Positions 36,910 through 48,351 of a stretch of DNA of 64,000 nucleotides are shown in pieces. Below the pieces are notes generated by a model that was given only the letters and a program-made list of their open reading frames with translations, did not search any database and was not told where the DNA came from. The DNA is taken from contig NC_092647.1 in assembly GCF_039555335.1 (NCBI RefSeq), forward strand, positions 51,925,740-51,989,739. Reading direction: 5' to 3'. Positions within the stretch are counted from its first letter, which is position 1. Each line of letters opens with the position of its first letter. The DNA is from Amphiura filiformis (taxonomy: Eukaryota). The translations under genes were made by a program, and so were the position numbers.

Positions 36910-37040
36910 TTAGGAAGTATTGTCATTTATATTACCAGATGTGTCCAGCAAAGGTCTGTTATATTTTTCTTTATAAATGAGTAAGACTGGTATACAAAAT
37001 GTAATGGCTGCAAGTGTTGCCCAATTCGTCCACATAACAC
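36910..37040 (-). CDS. MFS paralog 1 exon 11 (TM12, C-terminus, TAA stop).
   Basis: Acceptor tcgttacag|GT. Encodes GVMWTNWATLAAITFCIPVLLIYKEKYNRPLLDTSGNINDNTS*. Confidence 0.65.
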
Positions 37041-37192
37041 CTGTAACGAAAGATAAAAATGTATTGTTTTTAGATTAAACCGGCTATTTTCAAATTAACA
37101 TTGAAGTTAATTTCTCTACAAAAACATTTCAAAAATTACTAATTGAAGTCAAAACGTCATTATTATACCCTTCATCTTGATTCGGTACGTAC

Positions 37193-37375
37193 CAATATTA
37201 GGGATCATCATAACTAAAAGGAAGACAAGACCAGTGAAAGATCGAAGCCACATCAACAATCCCATTGCAATCCCTTCTGATACTGGGTACACTCCTTCAA
37301 CAATAAGTTCGCAATAGATAGGAGGAGTGCCATTTATGAGGAAGCCAAAAAGGATGTTTGAAGCGTAAAGGCTGG
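37193..37375 (-). CDS. MFS paralog 1 exon 10 (TM9-TM11).
   Basis: Acceptor tgtttacag|CC. Donor ATTG|GTACGT. Encodes ASLYAS...YCELIVEGVYPVSEGIAMG...VMMIPNI. Compare FLVCR FEFAVEITYPESEGTSSG. Confidence 0.7.
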
Positions 37376-38560
37376 CTGTAAACAGACAAAATATCACAAT
37401 ATCACATGTTCGCTAGGATGAGTAATACATTATCCTTAAGTGGCACTGATAACAATATTTATATCATGATTACAGTGACTTTAGCCGTGTGATAGTTTTT
37501 ACTATCACATGGCATGAAAAGAAACCATGTGACATCATGATATAAAACAAATATTACATGCCAATATTCGTGTAATAGTAAAAATAAATCATTTGGTCAA
37601 ATTTCCAAATTTGACCTCATCACACTCATAGGCATGTAATATTTGTATACTATTAATCAGCTGAATATTTAATATTAAATATAGTTTGTGATCAATGCAC
37701 GGTTGTTTGATGTCATGTAAAACTGCCATTTTAACGAAAAGTTGAACAATGATTGCGCTATTTATCTTAAATCTTGTTTGCCTCTTTACAAGGGGTATAC
37801 ACTTATAAAAGTGGTATTAGAAATTCAGAAACAAAGACTTAAAAATAGGAAGGACATTTTCAAGAAAACTTTTTATCATGAAATGTAAGGAATAACTCAT
37901 ATTGATTGCCTAATTTAAATTTAAAACATATGTAAATAGCGCCCTCATTTTGCACACAAATGTATAGTTGATGTACTAAAATTACAAACACACACAATAA
38001 AAACAGAACAATATGAATAATTTGAAAAGTTATGAAAATCTATGTTAATTATAGCTAAAAATATAGGTGAATATTAGTGTGATAGCTGTTGGTATTGTCC
38101 AGGCCTAAACATTATATAATGTTTTGTTAGAAAAATTAATAAATGATCATTTAAACAGTAGCGAATTGAGTGCGTGTCCTGGTTACAGTGCATTGGCCTA
38201 TCTCGAATTTCTGCAGTCACATTGTAGCACTGGATTATATTGTAATGCGCCACTGTGCAATGGGGTACGGTGTCACAGCGGTCTAAGACTCTTTTCACCT
38301 CTTTCCTCTCCCCACCCGGGTTACAAATAAGTACCGGTTTTATTCAATGACGAGAAGATAGATAACGGACGAGCTGGGCAGAGGCGTAACGATCCATTTT
38401 GAAAGAGAAAAGTTTTTGAACTACGCTGTCTATGATGATCACTTTTTGGTTTTAAAAAGTTTTTAAAAATAGTTCTACAGTTTAAAGTTTTTGTGTTTGA
38501 CATTTGTCAGAGTTAAGAATCTGAATAATTTATGAAAACACATGTAGTCTTGATATTTAC

Positions 38561-38672
38561 CTAAATTAAAGTGTATAACACCTAAGGTTAAGAGGAGAAA
38601 CCACGTAAAGCAGAGGCAGACGATAAGCAGAGTAAAACTAGCTTCATTTTCCCGCCAATAATATCAACAATC
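38561..38672 (-). pseudogene. MFS paralog 1 exon 9 (TM8). It carries a 7-nt deletion relative to paralog 2, which causes a frameshift and a premature TAA.
   Basis: Acceptor tttctag|GATTGTTGAT. Donor TTTAG|GTAAAT. Alignment to 54230-54348 shows that catacag (plus strand) is missing. The downstream codons FTWFLLLTLGV are out of frame with the upstream codons RIVDIIGGKMKLVLLC. Confidence 0.55.
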
Positions 38673-39249
38673 CTAGAAATACAATGATAAAATTGGTTCT
38701 CAAATTATTCCCAATAACTGATACTTCCTGGTTACATAAATCTTTTGATATTCACGTGTGTATTTAGTATGATTATGGTTATATATGGCTAAACATCTTG
38801 TATTGAAGGGGTCTGCCCGTCAGTCCGAAACACCGTCATTCCGAAACCCCGTTAGTCCGAAAATTAACGGATTTTTAGAGTGACGGGGTTTCGCATGCAA
38901 AGTTAACATTATTTGTCTGTGACTATACAGAAGTTACAGTACGGTATATCAGCCATTATTACAAAACTAATATGCTGCTAATAAACCATAATGTCAATTA
39001 ATATGTACCAGATTATGATGTATATCATTAAGACTATAAATGAAAATATAGGTGGGTTCATTAAGAATAAAATACATCATTCTGCAATTCCCGAAAACCT
39101 TTACAAGCCAAAGAAACTAAAACTACGTCATGGTGCGCAGATCATCACTCCGCCTGCTTGACCAGCCTCGTGTGCATAAACGATGACGTAGTATCGGTTT
39201 CTTTTGCAAAGGATTTCGGAAATTACCGAACTGGTATATTTATACTCAC

Positions 39250-39317
39250 CTGGAAAATATAAGCCCTCCTGCAGCACCTGCCAAATTAGAGTAGGCACCG
39301 ATTCTTCCTGTTGTTTC
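39250..39317 (-). CDS. MFS paralog 1 exon 8.
   Basis: Acceptor catttcag|GAA. Donor TCCAG|GTGAGT. Encodes ETTGRIGAYSNLAGAAGGLIFS. Compare FLVCR [22 protein letters not shown]. Confidence 0.7.
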
Positions 39318-39518
39318 CTGAAATGTTAATCAACTAATCAAACATTTTTCGTAACTATTATCGTGTAAGGGGGTATGTCGGTGAGGGTTGTGTGAACGGG
39401 TGTATAGACGAGTATTCGTAATCACGTAATTATACTAGTCTTAAGACTACGTTCCTCATTTGTTATAAGAACCAAAATAATTTGAATCACTAAGGCATAT
39501 GTCCTAAAACATACTCAC

Positions 39519-39623
39519 TTGTTGAACGTTCATGGTATGCAGAAATATAGTGTCAATTTGAGTCCTCCATGAGTTGAAAAAACCAGCCCATATACAGTAA
39601 CAAAGCGCTGGTATCCAAAACTG
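39519..39623 (-). CDS. MFS paralog 1 exon 7 (TM7).
   Basis: Phase-0 acceptor gaataag|CAG. The alternative ccag|G lies 7 nt upstream and gives an immediate stop. Donor CAACAA|GTGAGT. Encodes QFWIPALCYCIWAGFFNSWRTQIDTIFLHTMNVQQ. Confidence 0.55.
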
Positions 39624-39895
39624 CTTATTCCTGGTATGGCATACAAAGACATAAAATAAATAATACATTTTCTATAATAATTCGATGATCATCGAGTGGG
39701 AGCTGCGCGGAGGCTTCCGATGCATTATTCTTATTAATATAGGCGAAAGTTTTCAAAGCCTATAACAATGAAGTTCTCATGCAAAAATTTAAGCTTTTTA
39801 TAAGTCATTTGGCCTTACTATCCCTGTGGGGATTTTGTACCTATAATTTGATCTACATCACAAGCAAGTCTTCATACGCTTCATCATACTCACAC

Positions 39896-40023
39896 TGCAA
39901 GAATTTTAGCACCAGGAATAAAATCTTCTCTTTTAGATTCAGCTGATGCACTAGGAGGTGTCGGAGGTTTGGCGGGAAAATATAGCCAAGTTAGAAGACA
40001 CAAAAATGCAACCCAAGCACACT
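39896..40023 (-). CDS. MFS paralog 1 exon 6 (end of TM6 plus central loop).
   Basis: Acceptor tctcattcag|AG. Donor TTGCA|GTGTGAGT. Encodes ECAWVAFLCLLTWLYFPAKPPTPPSASAESKREDFIPGAKILA. Compare FLVCR ...AFKEKPRYPPS. Confidence 0.7.
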
Positions 40024-41009
40024 CTGAATGAGACATTATATCAATATTAGATGTGAAAAATTTGAAGCTTAAAGTTTACTGTAAACATTGTAAAAATTTT
40101 AGCTTTTGAGTAGTATAGCTAAAATTTCTGTTGCAAACTACAGCACAATGGTTTGTGAGCATTGAAATGGTAGTATATCCCTAAATGTGATTAATGAATA
40201 AATAGCTGAGGGACGAGCTTTTGATACACTAGCGAATGTTCTCTTCGTTCCCCCATGGGTCTGATGCTGACATAAGGCCAAAAAAATTGTTGTGTTGCCC
40301 TCAACCGTCCGACCTTTTTTTTTTTTTTTTTTTGAATGATGATTTTTACAGATTTGTTCAAAAACTCAATGTTTTTCACTTAAAATTATTATTTTATTGA
40401 AAGACTAGTCTTTAATTGATGTCTAACACTACAGGTATCCAGAAGTCAAAATTGACAAATGTCCCCTAATTGAAGAAGCATTATTTAATATTTTTAAAAA
40501 CTGAAGGTTTAAAAATCGAGTATCGAAAGTTCAAGAGTTAACGTGCTTCGCGGTCACCATCTTTCGCGGTCACTGCAATACGTGGTTGGTTAATTCAAAG
40601 TTTGGTTAATTGTACTGATATTTTGGTCTTAGTGATTAGTGGTGTGATATTATTATTTACAAATAGAAAAGCAAGGTGGACCCAACTTTTATTCACCTTT
40701 CCTGACAGAACTGTCACATGAAGTTACACAGTTAGAATGCATGTACAATATTATGCTGATCACCTAGGCCTATAAAGGATTTCCATGCTCTTTTGATCCC
40801 ATTTGTTTATGTTCAAGTGTGGTCATTATTACACCCCTTTACATGCTCAGATGAGCGGCAGGTCAATGCTTGTTGTTATTATTATGTAAATAAGATGTTA
40901 ACTCCAAAATGGACATTGACCCTTTTGAGTACACAATTGATGTAAATGAGATGATAAACAATCTTGATCTCCAGCACATAATTGACATTATATAAGGAGT
41001 TGTGCAATA

Positions 41010-41425
41010 ATTATGTGTACCCCCGGGTGGTGAATTCTCAAAGTGGTCTGCCAAAAATCGATTCTCTCCCCCCATTTTTGACGTGCCCAAAAAATCTTTG
41101 CCCCCCCCCCTTTACATACTAAGATTTTGGGGAACCGAAATTTAAAACCTTATATTGTCTTATCATATAATGCGAGCGCAGCGAGCAGGAAATGTTGTTT
41201 ATTTGAACGTATTCCTAATGGTTTCCTACACCTTTTTAGGACGTAATATAGAAATGGTGCCCAAAATATCTGTGCCACAAATCGCTTGCCCCCCTTTCGA
41301 CCTGCCAAAATCGCTTGCCCCCCCCTTTCGACCTGACAAAAAATGCTTGCCCCCCCCCCCCTTTTGGCCTGCCAAAAAATCTTTGCCCCCCCCTATAATT
41401 CACCACCCTGGGGTACACATAATTA
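41010..41425. mobile_element. MITE with 30-bp terminal inverted repeats ATAATTATGTGTACCCC(C)GGGTGGTGAATTC and an internal array of GCC(T/A)G(C/A)CAAAA..GC(T/A)TTGCCCCCCC units.
   Basis: The two ends are reverse complements of each other. A second copy at 63045-63480 lies in the opposite orientation. Confidence 0.7.
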
Positions 41426-42499
41426 TAAACATTATAAAGAGTTATAAACAGTCTTGATCTCCAATCCTTATTGACATAATTGATTTATTGTGAGCTTGAC
41501 AAATAATAAATCTGGAGGTATGTGTAGAGGTATATTGATGTAGTAGTTGATGCAGTGACCGGAGTATGAGACAAAAAAGTAGTTGTGAGTGAAAAATATG
41601 ACATTGTTATTTTAGTCCGAAAGGCCCTTTCAGTGCTTTTGGAACTAATTAACTTAATTTGAACCCCTTAACGTAAACAAAAACAAAATTTGATATTTTA
41701 TTGGGGTGCGCACGACCTTGTTCTTCGCATTGCAAAAGTATGTTTTCCGAAATAATGTAAAGCGTAAAAGTTTTTAGCTGTGGTATTAAAATACTCGAAA
41801 ATGAAATTTTCCAACGTGTTTTAGAGACACCCTGCACAGTGTCATCGTCCCGATATCTTCATGGCAGAAAATGCCATGGTAGGGTGAATCCACAGCCACG
41901 AATGGGTGTTCACACCTGTTTATAAAACACATAATAGGCTGAAGGACATCCGACTAAGGCTAATGATATTAGCCTGTGACTGACCTCTGTACGGTCAGCA
42001 AGCATACATACGCCATTGTCTAATGCTTTGCCTTTACGATAGTCTCCTACACAGTCAGTTTGTGTCAGTCGGTCTGACACTCGTCGATCCTGTATGTTCG
42101 TGATAGCCACATACAGTCTGGGCCGAGACTACCTCCACGAGGCCTCGAGGGTCTACGCTGCGCTATATAAAATCTGATGATTTTGGTCACTTTTTCAGCT
42201 CAAGACGCACGCTGGTTTTTCAAAGCGCAACCTAACGACGATAATATATGTTGAACATATATGTTCAAGTGCAAGGAACCACATCTGGTTTCTTTATATA
42301 CGAAATCATTTACGGGAGATATTCATCATTTTCCACCCCGGTATCAAAAGATTTATCGTCTGAATATCAATCGTGCATAGCACATTTACGTGTATCGATC
42401 CCGTGTATTCATTTGAGTGTCTCTGGCTGTACTAATGTAATTATTAACCGGGCGATGTCGGTGTGCCCTGTATGAAGTAGTTTCATTGTGTATACTTGC

Positions 42500-42618
42500 C
42501 AATGTACATTAACAAATAAATTTCTTGTATATGTTTAGATTTGACTGTCGAAGTGATGTTAAGATGTTCCTCATCGCACAAAGACTTCACGACATAAGTT
42601 CCATTAGCTGGATGGAGA
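42500..42618 (-). CDS. MFS paralog 1 exon 5, a mini-exon encoding the N-glycosylated TM5-TM6 loop and the start of TM6. It uses a GC donor.
   Basis: Acceptor ttgtattccag|TCT. Encodes SLHPANGTYVVKSLCDEEHLNITSTVKSKHIQEIYLLMYI. The donor is ATTG|GCAAGT, the canonical GC-AG donor consensus. A length of 119 nt is the only one that reconciles the phase-2 end of exon 4 with the phase-1 start of exon 6. The block is conserved at 56845-56963 inside otherwise diverged introns. Confidence 0.5.
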
Positions 42619-43269
42619 CTGGAATACAAAATACGAAGCGCAATAATAAAGCAATATTAAAAGTGTGTACACAAAAGCTAACTTTACTAACACGTAGTAG
42701 GTGAACAAATGCCATATTCGATTTTTGATAGATAAAAATATGTTATTAATCATGATGAACACATTCAGTTGAACTCGAAATTATCATGTTTATTACATGA
42801 AAATACTAGTAAATGGTTATAAAAAAAGGTTGATATAATTAGTGACAGTAAAGAAGTATACGTAGGCTTACATTATTGAATCAACATATCTTAATGGCAT
42901 AATTATAATGGCTCACTTCAATACTGAACAATTCCGATTTTAGAATCTACCAGTTTATTGATCGCGAGAGCCCGAATAGTGAATGAAAAGATCAGGTGTG
43001 AAAATCTATCAATATCCCCGGTCAATTGTGCACAAAGTAATACAAAATTAATACATAAAATCAGACTTTTAAGCTTAAAAATGCAATAACCAGATTTATT
43101 TATTTATTTAATATTTCTTTATTTTGGATAGCTCTTTCAATACATATACTGGTCTCCCAAGAGGTCCAGATAACTGTTACATAAAATGTTAACAAAATAA
43201 TTATACAAAATATGATAAATAATACATATATTGAAAAACAATCATGCGATTATGGATTATGAATCTTAC

Positions 43270-43524
43270 TTAAACAATAGCATTTTTAAACATGTGTAGA
43301 CTCAAAGAGTCATAATCTAAACGCACACCAACTGGAAGGTTATTCCACAACTTAGTTCCTCTATAATAATAGTGAAAGGTACGTTTACCCAGAGTGTTCT
43401 TCCAAAGTGGAATAACTAAAGTTTTTGAAGATTGACTACGGGTACCTTTTGTATGCATACATTCAGTAAAAATAAATTGAGAACTCAAATAAGATGGTGC
43501 TGAACCTTGAAGGCACTTAAACAC
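43270..43524 (-). mobile_element. CR1/L2-type LINE 3' tail fragment.
   Basis: Encodes ...KRTFHYYYRGTKLWNNLP...SLHMFKNAI, the conserved LINE C-terminal tail motif. Confidence 0.4.
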
Positions 43525-43715
43525 TACAACAAGAAGCTGATTTTTTCACCTTTCATCCAGTTTTGTCCAATTTAATGATTTCATTAAGTCATTGACTACG
43601 GAGAAGTCTAGCTATAAGTTGGAAAGACATTCGATTGATCCAATATCGATACTTCCTTTTTATTTTGGCAAAAATATTATCTTAACTAATTTTATCACCA
43701 AATGGCACTGATTAC

Positions 43716-43922
43716 CTTGTACTGTCGGTGCATTTGAATTCAGATACTATTGACGGTCCAATCAGGAACGAGGCCGCCAAGCCAAGGAAACCTATAGATG
43801 TTAATACTCCTGTTGATGTTGTACGCTGATGAGGTGGAAACCAGGTGACTGAGAAGAGAGGAGCTCCTGTAATTAAAACTGGAGCTCCTAAACCATTAAA
43901 CATCTGCCCGATATTCATCGTC
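43716..43922 (-). CDS. MFS paralog 1 exon 4 (TM4-TM5).
   Basis: Acceptor cttttag|GACGATG. Donor ACAAG|GTAATC. Encodes FSVTWFPPHQRTTSTGVLTSIGFLGLAASFLIGPSIV, matching the FLVCR/SLC49 pattern S.WF..(Q/E)R..A......LG.A.GFL.PP.V. Confidence 0.75.
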
Positions 43923-44335
43923 CTAAAAGTAGCAAATAACGTTTTCTTTAGACAAGAATAAAACACGAAGATCGCGCCATTCCTGGGAAGGTATGTTCCG
44001 AAGGCGTAATGTTCCGAAGGCGCATGCAGCCTGAGGAAAATTCTTGTTGGAAGATTCTTTTTTTTTTCCTTCAGCATTTAATGTCGCGATAATGTTATCA
44101 CGACATTCGTAAAACTTTCCATGGAAAAGTTTTACAAATGGTGCGTTATTATCTATGTCGCTTCATTCATACACAATGATGGAGCGAAAAAAACATTGCG
44201 TGACGTCACAGGTGTGTGTAAATGTCATGTCAAAACCCATCCACTTCGTCTAAAAGCCTGGCAAACAAAAAACGCAAAATGTGGGTCGGTCGAGCCCCTA
44301 TTGAAGTGGCGTGTTTTTTCTACATACATTTCTTA

Positions 44336-44426
44336 CCATTTCATATATTCTGTTGGCACCGGAATACACCGTACAGCTGTTCCAATCAAAATCAGTGTCG
44401 ACGAACATAACATGGCAAGTTTCAAA
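44336..44426 (-). CDS. MFS paralog 1 exon 3 (TM3).
   Basis: Acceptor aaaatgcag|GT. Donor AAATG|GTAAGA. Encodes GLKLAMLCSSTLILIGTAVRCIPVPTEYMKW. Confidence 0.7.
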
Positions 44427-45559
44427 CCTGCATTTTAAAAATGAATAAGAACTACAATGAAAAAATACGAGTAAAATGTGACACAATCTGATCCAATCAG
44501 ACCAAAACACATTTCTAGTGCTATAATTAAAGACAGAGATAAAAAGATTACGATCCTTGATTGGTTTACACAGGTTAATCAGCGTGTAAAAGGAAGACCG
44601 ATCTATCTGGTGCTGATCGGAGAAAAGGAATAGCAGCAAATGGCGAAATATTACGTACTTTTACAAGGCAAAAAGCAGCTTTTCTAATTATTGTGGACAT
44701 GGTGCCTTCGGTTAAGAAAGTTTCCTACTATAAAGACCTAACTTTTGAGATGGTTTGCATGTCGAAAGGTGCAAAATTAACAATAAGGCGCCCGGTTATA
44801 AATACGCGTTCAGCAAGTCATCATCACGACACTTGTAAACAAACCGTGCTCGAGTTTGATTGACAGGTGACGTCAGACGCGATAAATTGTCTTTATCTTT
44901 CATTATACCCCTTTATACGTGTACCCTATTTTGAAATCCTAAAGACTGCTCCAAACGGTCCCCTTTCATTGGCTGACTTGGATCTGACTTACCAGCCAAG
45001 TTGGGTGTCTATTTCAAGTTCCAGTGGCGGCACCAGGAATTTTAATCCACCAGGTGCGACTCAGCATAATGTGAAATTTCTATAGAATTACAATTCAGAT
45101 CTTTATTCCGTTCTTTGATAATCAATGGTGCAATGCAGAGGAGTAGTTTTAAGATAAACTTAAGGTTATTAATCATTTTAAACTGTTGTGATTTGGTAGT
45201 TCACAGCATCTTACGAATTGTAGTGAGTTTTGGCAAAAACTGCATTGCTCAATTCATAGCGAGCGTGTAGAAGAATTAAAATATCACAGATATACTTTTA
45301 TAGATGCTGCGGTTCTTGAGTTACATTGTAAAGAGGTCTGAAACAACAACACTTTTGTAAAACGTACATAACTCATTAACAACAATAAATTAAGCAAGTT
45401 TGCAAAGTATACGATTTGTAGAATGAACTTTTGCAAAGCATCAAGGATTTAATTTTCAATAATATATTGATCTAGATAATGAAAATCGATTTTTAGGTTG
45501 CTTCGACCAACAATACCTCGCCTACCCTTAAAGTCTAGTGCAGAGCAATACATTCAAAT

Positions 45560-47060
45560 ACGCCCGCAAATACGTTAGCGAATCCGAATGTAGAAACATA
45601 CATGGATAAGATAATTAATCCTGAATGAAGAGATTTATACGTGTTGGGAATAGACATCAAAGGTATATTTTAAAACTGGTCAACAACACTCACTTTTTGA
45701 ACCGAATATTTCAGAGAAACCATTCTCCGTCCTCAGCGGTGTAATGCTGTTGGTAGACTGACTGATGATTCTCCAGTGACAGTGTTTCTAGATGTTATTG
45801 ACAATGTCCTTTTTGTCCTTTGTGATGGTGTTTCTAGAAGAGAATCATATATTCTAAAGATGCGCAATGGGCCTCCCGGTCAGCCCGATTATCGACAACT
45901 TATACATGGAATGGTTTGAAAACAAAGCGCTAACATCCACCGCTGACCCCCAAGAATTTGGCTTCGTTATGTGGACGATACCTTCGTGGTAATCAATAAG
46001 GAGAAAGTCCAACAGTTCACTGACCACATTAACAGTCAAAATGAACATATCAAATTTACCAACGATCCAGAGAAGGACGGTCAATTACCATTCCTAGATA
46101 CTTTGGTAAAAAGACAAACAGACGGTACGGTAAAGGTGAGTATTTACCGGAAACCTACGCATACTGACCAGTATTTGGCTTTTGATTCCCACCATCCACT
46201 TGAACACAAACTCAGTGTAATCAGAACCCTTTTCCATCGGGCAGATACTTTAGTTACTGATACGGAAGATCGAGAAAAAGAAATAAATTACGTCAAAGGG
46301 GCCCTTAGACGCTACAAGGAGTGGAGTTTTAAACGTGCTCAAACCAAAAAACAACCGGTTGAAAAACAGTGCGATTCGGAATCCTCTTCCAAGACATTTG
46401 TTGTAGTTCCGTACGTCCAGGGCCTATCAGAAAAGGTCAAAAGAATACTTGGCAGTTACGGTGTATCGGTGGTATTCAAACTGCACCAAACGCTTCGCCA
46501 ATTACTTGTTGCCCTGAAAGACAAACCTCGCGAGGAAGACAAGTCAGGAGTTGTGTACCGTGTACCCTGTGAAGGCTGCGAGAAAGTGTACGTGGGTGAA
46601 ACCAAGCGAACCCTCGGTGAGCGCCTGAAAGAACACACTGCCAAGACAACCTCAAATCAGTCGGCATTAGCAGAGCACAGCAAGGACACCGGACATAAAC
46701 CGGACATTGGAAATGTTAAAGTCCTCTGCAGAGAAGACAAGTTTTTGCCAAGGAAAGTGAGGGAAGCCATTAAAATCAAACAAGAGACAAGCCCCATCCT
46801 AAATAGGGACGGGGGCCTAGAACTTTCTAGAATATATGATTCTCTTCTAGAAACACCATCACAAAGGACAAAAAGGACATTGTCAATAACATCTAGAAAC
46901 ACTGTCACTGGAGAATCATCAGTCAGTCTACCAACAGCATTACACCGCTGAGGGCGGAGAATGGTTTCTCTGAAATATTCGGTTCAAAAAGTGAGTGTTG
47001 TTGACCAGTTTTAAAATATACCTTTGATAATTAATCCTGTTATATATCAATACTTCTAGG
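45560..47060 (+). mobile_element. PLE 3' half (reverse-transcriptase C-terminus plus GIY-YIG endonuclease, ORF 45971-46951) bounded by inverted terminal repeats of about 150-280 bp. It lies in intron 2 of MFS paralog 1.
   Basis: GIY-YIG core SGVVYRVPCEGCEKVYVGETKRTLGERLKEH. Reverse-transcriptase tail YRKPTHTDQYLAFDSHHP. The segment 45560-45850 is the reverse complement of 46800-47060. Confidence 0.7.
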
Positions 47061-47174
47061 GCGAATTTAATGAGCTGGTTTACAAAACATCTCAACCCAT
47101 ACTACCATAATGGGTAAATAACATTGCACAGTTCATGAAATGAATGATTGTTTGTTCTTTTATTTAAATCTGAC

Positions 47175-47285
47175 CTTTGTTGTCCATCAACCAAGAAAAG
47201 AAGGCAACGGTCACACACACGGACATTGGTCCCCATATGGTGAGTAATGCAATATCACCGTCATTCCACCCTAACACGGGTTTAG
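47175..47285 (-). CDS. MFS paralog 1 exon 2 (TM2).
   Basis: Acceptor attttag|CT. Donor AAAG|GTCAGA. Phase is consistent with exon 1. Encodes AKPVLGWNDGDIALLTIWGP... Confidence 0.7.
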
Positions 47286-48149
47286 CTAAAATATGAAAAT
47301 GATTGTGAAAAAATAACAAAACTATTTAGAAGACACACGTGTTGCTAGTGCTCATTAAAATGCGTTAAAGTGCAAAACCTGTCAAACTGCTTCGGCGTAT
47401 GTGTCGACCTCAGAAACTATAGAAGACAGCATAATGCGAGAATAGAAGGCCAACTTCAACTTTTTATATTTCGGTAGCTTTATATTTAGTTAGAAGGTAA
47501 TTTCGGATTTAAATTTAGACTGAGCTCAAAAAGAAACTTATAATTTTTCACAAGGTCATATCTTGAAATCCTGTCCATCAAATTGAACCAAAATTACACA
47601 CAGGTTTACTTCAATACTCTACTCTTAACACATGTCAGTAACCAATCAGTTATCCAACTGACACAACAGCAAAATGCATTGACATGGAACAGCTCTCTGG
47701 ACCACATTCACAGCCCAGCCCTGCTTCATGAAAAAAGTGTATGAAAAGCAGAAAGCAGCACCGTTTTATCATCTGTGCAAGGATCTTGTAAGCATTCTCA
47801 CAGATTTTTTGTGCTGGGTGCCAAATGTTGGGCTGTGAAAGTGGAGGAAGTCCAGGAAGCTGTCCCATGACAGTGCATTTTGCTGTTGTGTCAGTTGGAC
47901 AACTGCTTGGTTACTGACATGTGTTTTGCGTAGAGTATTAAGGTAATCCTGTGTGTAATTTTGGTTCATTTTGATTGACAGTATTTTAAGATATGACATT
48001 GTGATTCACAAGTTGTAAAAAATTATAAGTTTCTTTTTGAGCTCAGTTTATATCTTTTTGGTTCAATCAACTACTACAGTTTACTACAACTCTATTACAC
48101 AATACAATATAATAAACTACTAAATGCAAGTAGTAAACTCTTTGTATAC

Positions 48150-48351
48150 CTGTATCAGCTATTGATCCCCACGTATTCCATATTAAAGTTTGAGTACCCG
48201 CTAGAGCAGTATATAACGCCAAAAGATACCACCGCCGTCCATAGGTGGTGTATTGATGATCTTCAGGTGGTGTTGATTGATTGGTCCAGTTGATGTTAGT
48301 GCTTTCTGGAGTCGGTAAAGCATTTTTTAGTAACGCCGCCTTTTCATCCAT
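48150..48351 (-). CDS. Exon 1 of MFS (SLC49/FLVCR-like) transporter paralog 1, encoding MDEKAALLKN... and TM1.
   Basis: ATG at 48351. Encodes RRWYLLALYTALAGTQTLIWNTWGSIADT. Donor ACAG|GTATAC. Paralogous exon at 62518-62719. Confidence 0.7.

Noticed and set aside
41155-41457. Pro-rich ORF (…PPFDLPKSLAPPFRPDKKCLPPPPFWP…). A Gly-rich ORF at 62966-63341.
   Set aside because: They lie inside the MITE with GCAAGCxxTTTTGGCAGG / CCCCCCC internal repeats. They are repeat-derived, and the two copies are in opposite orientation.
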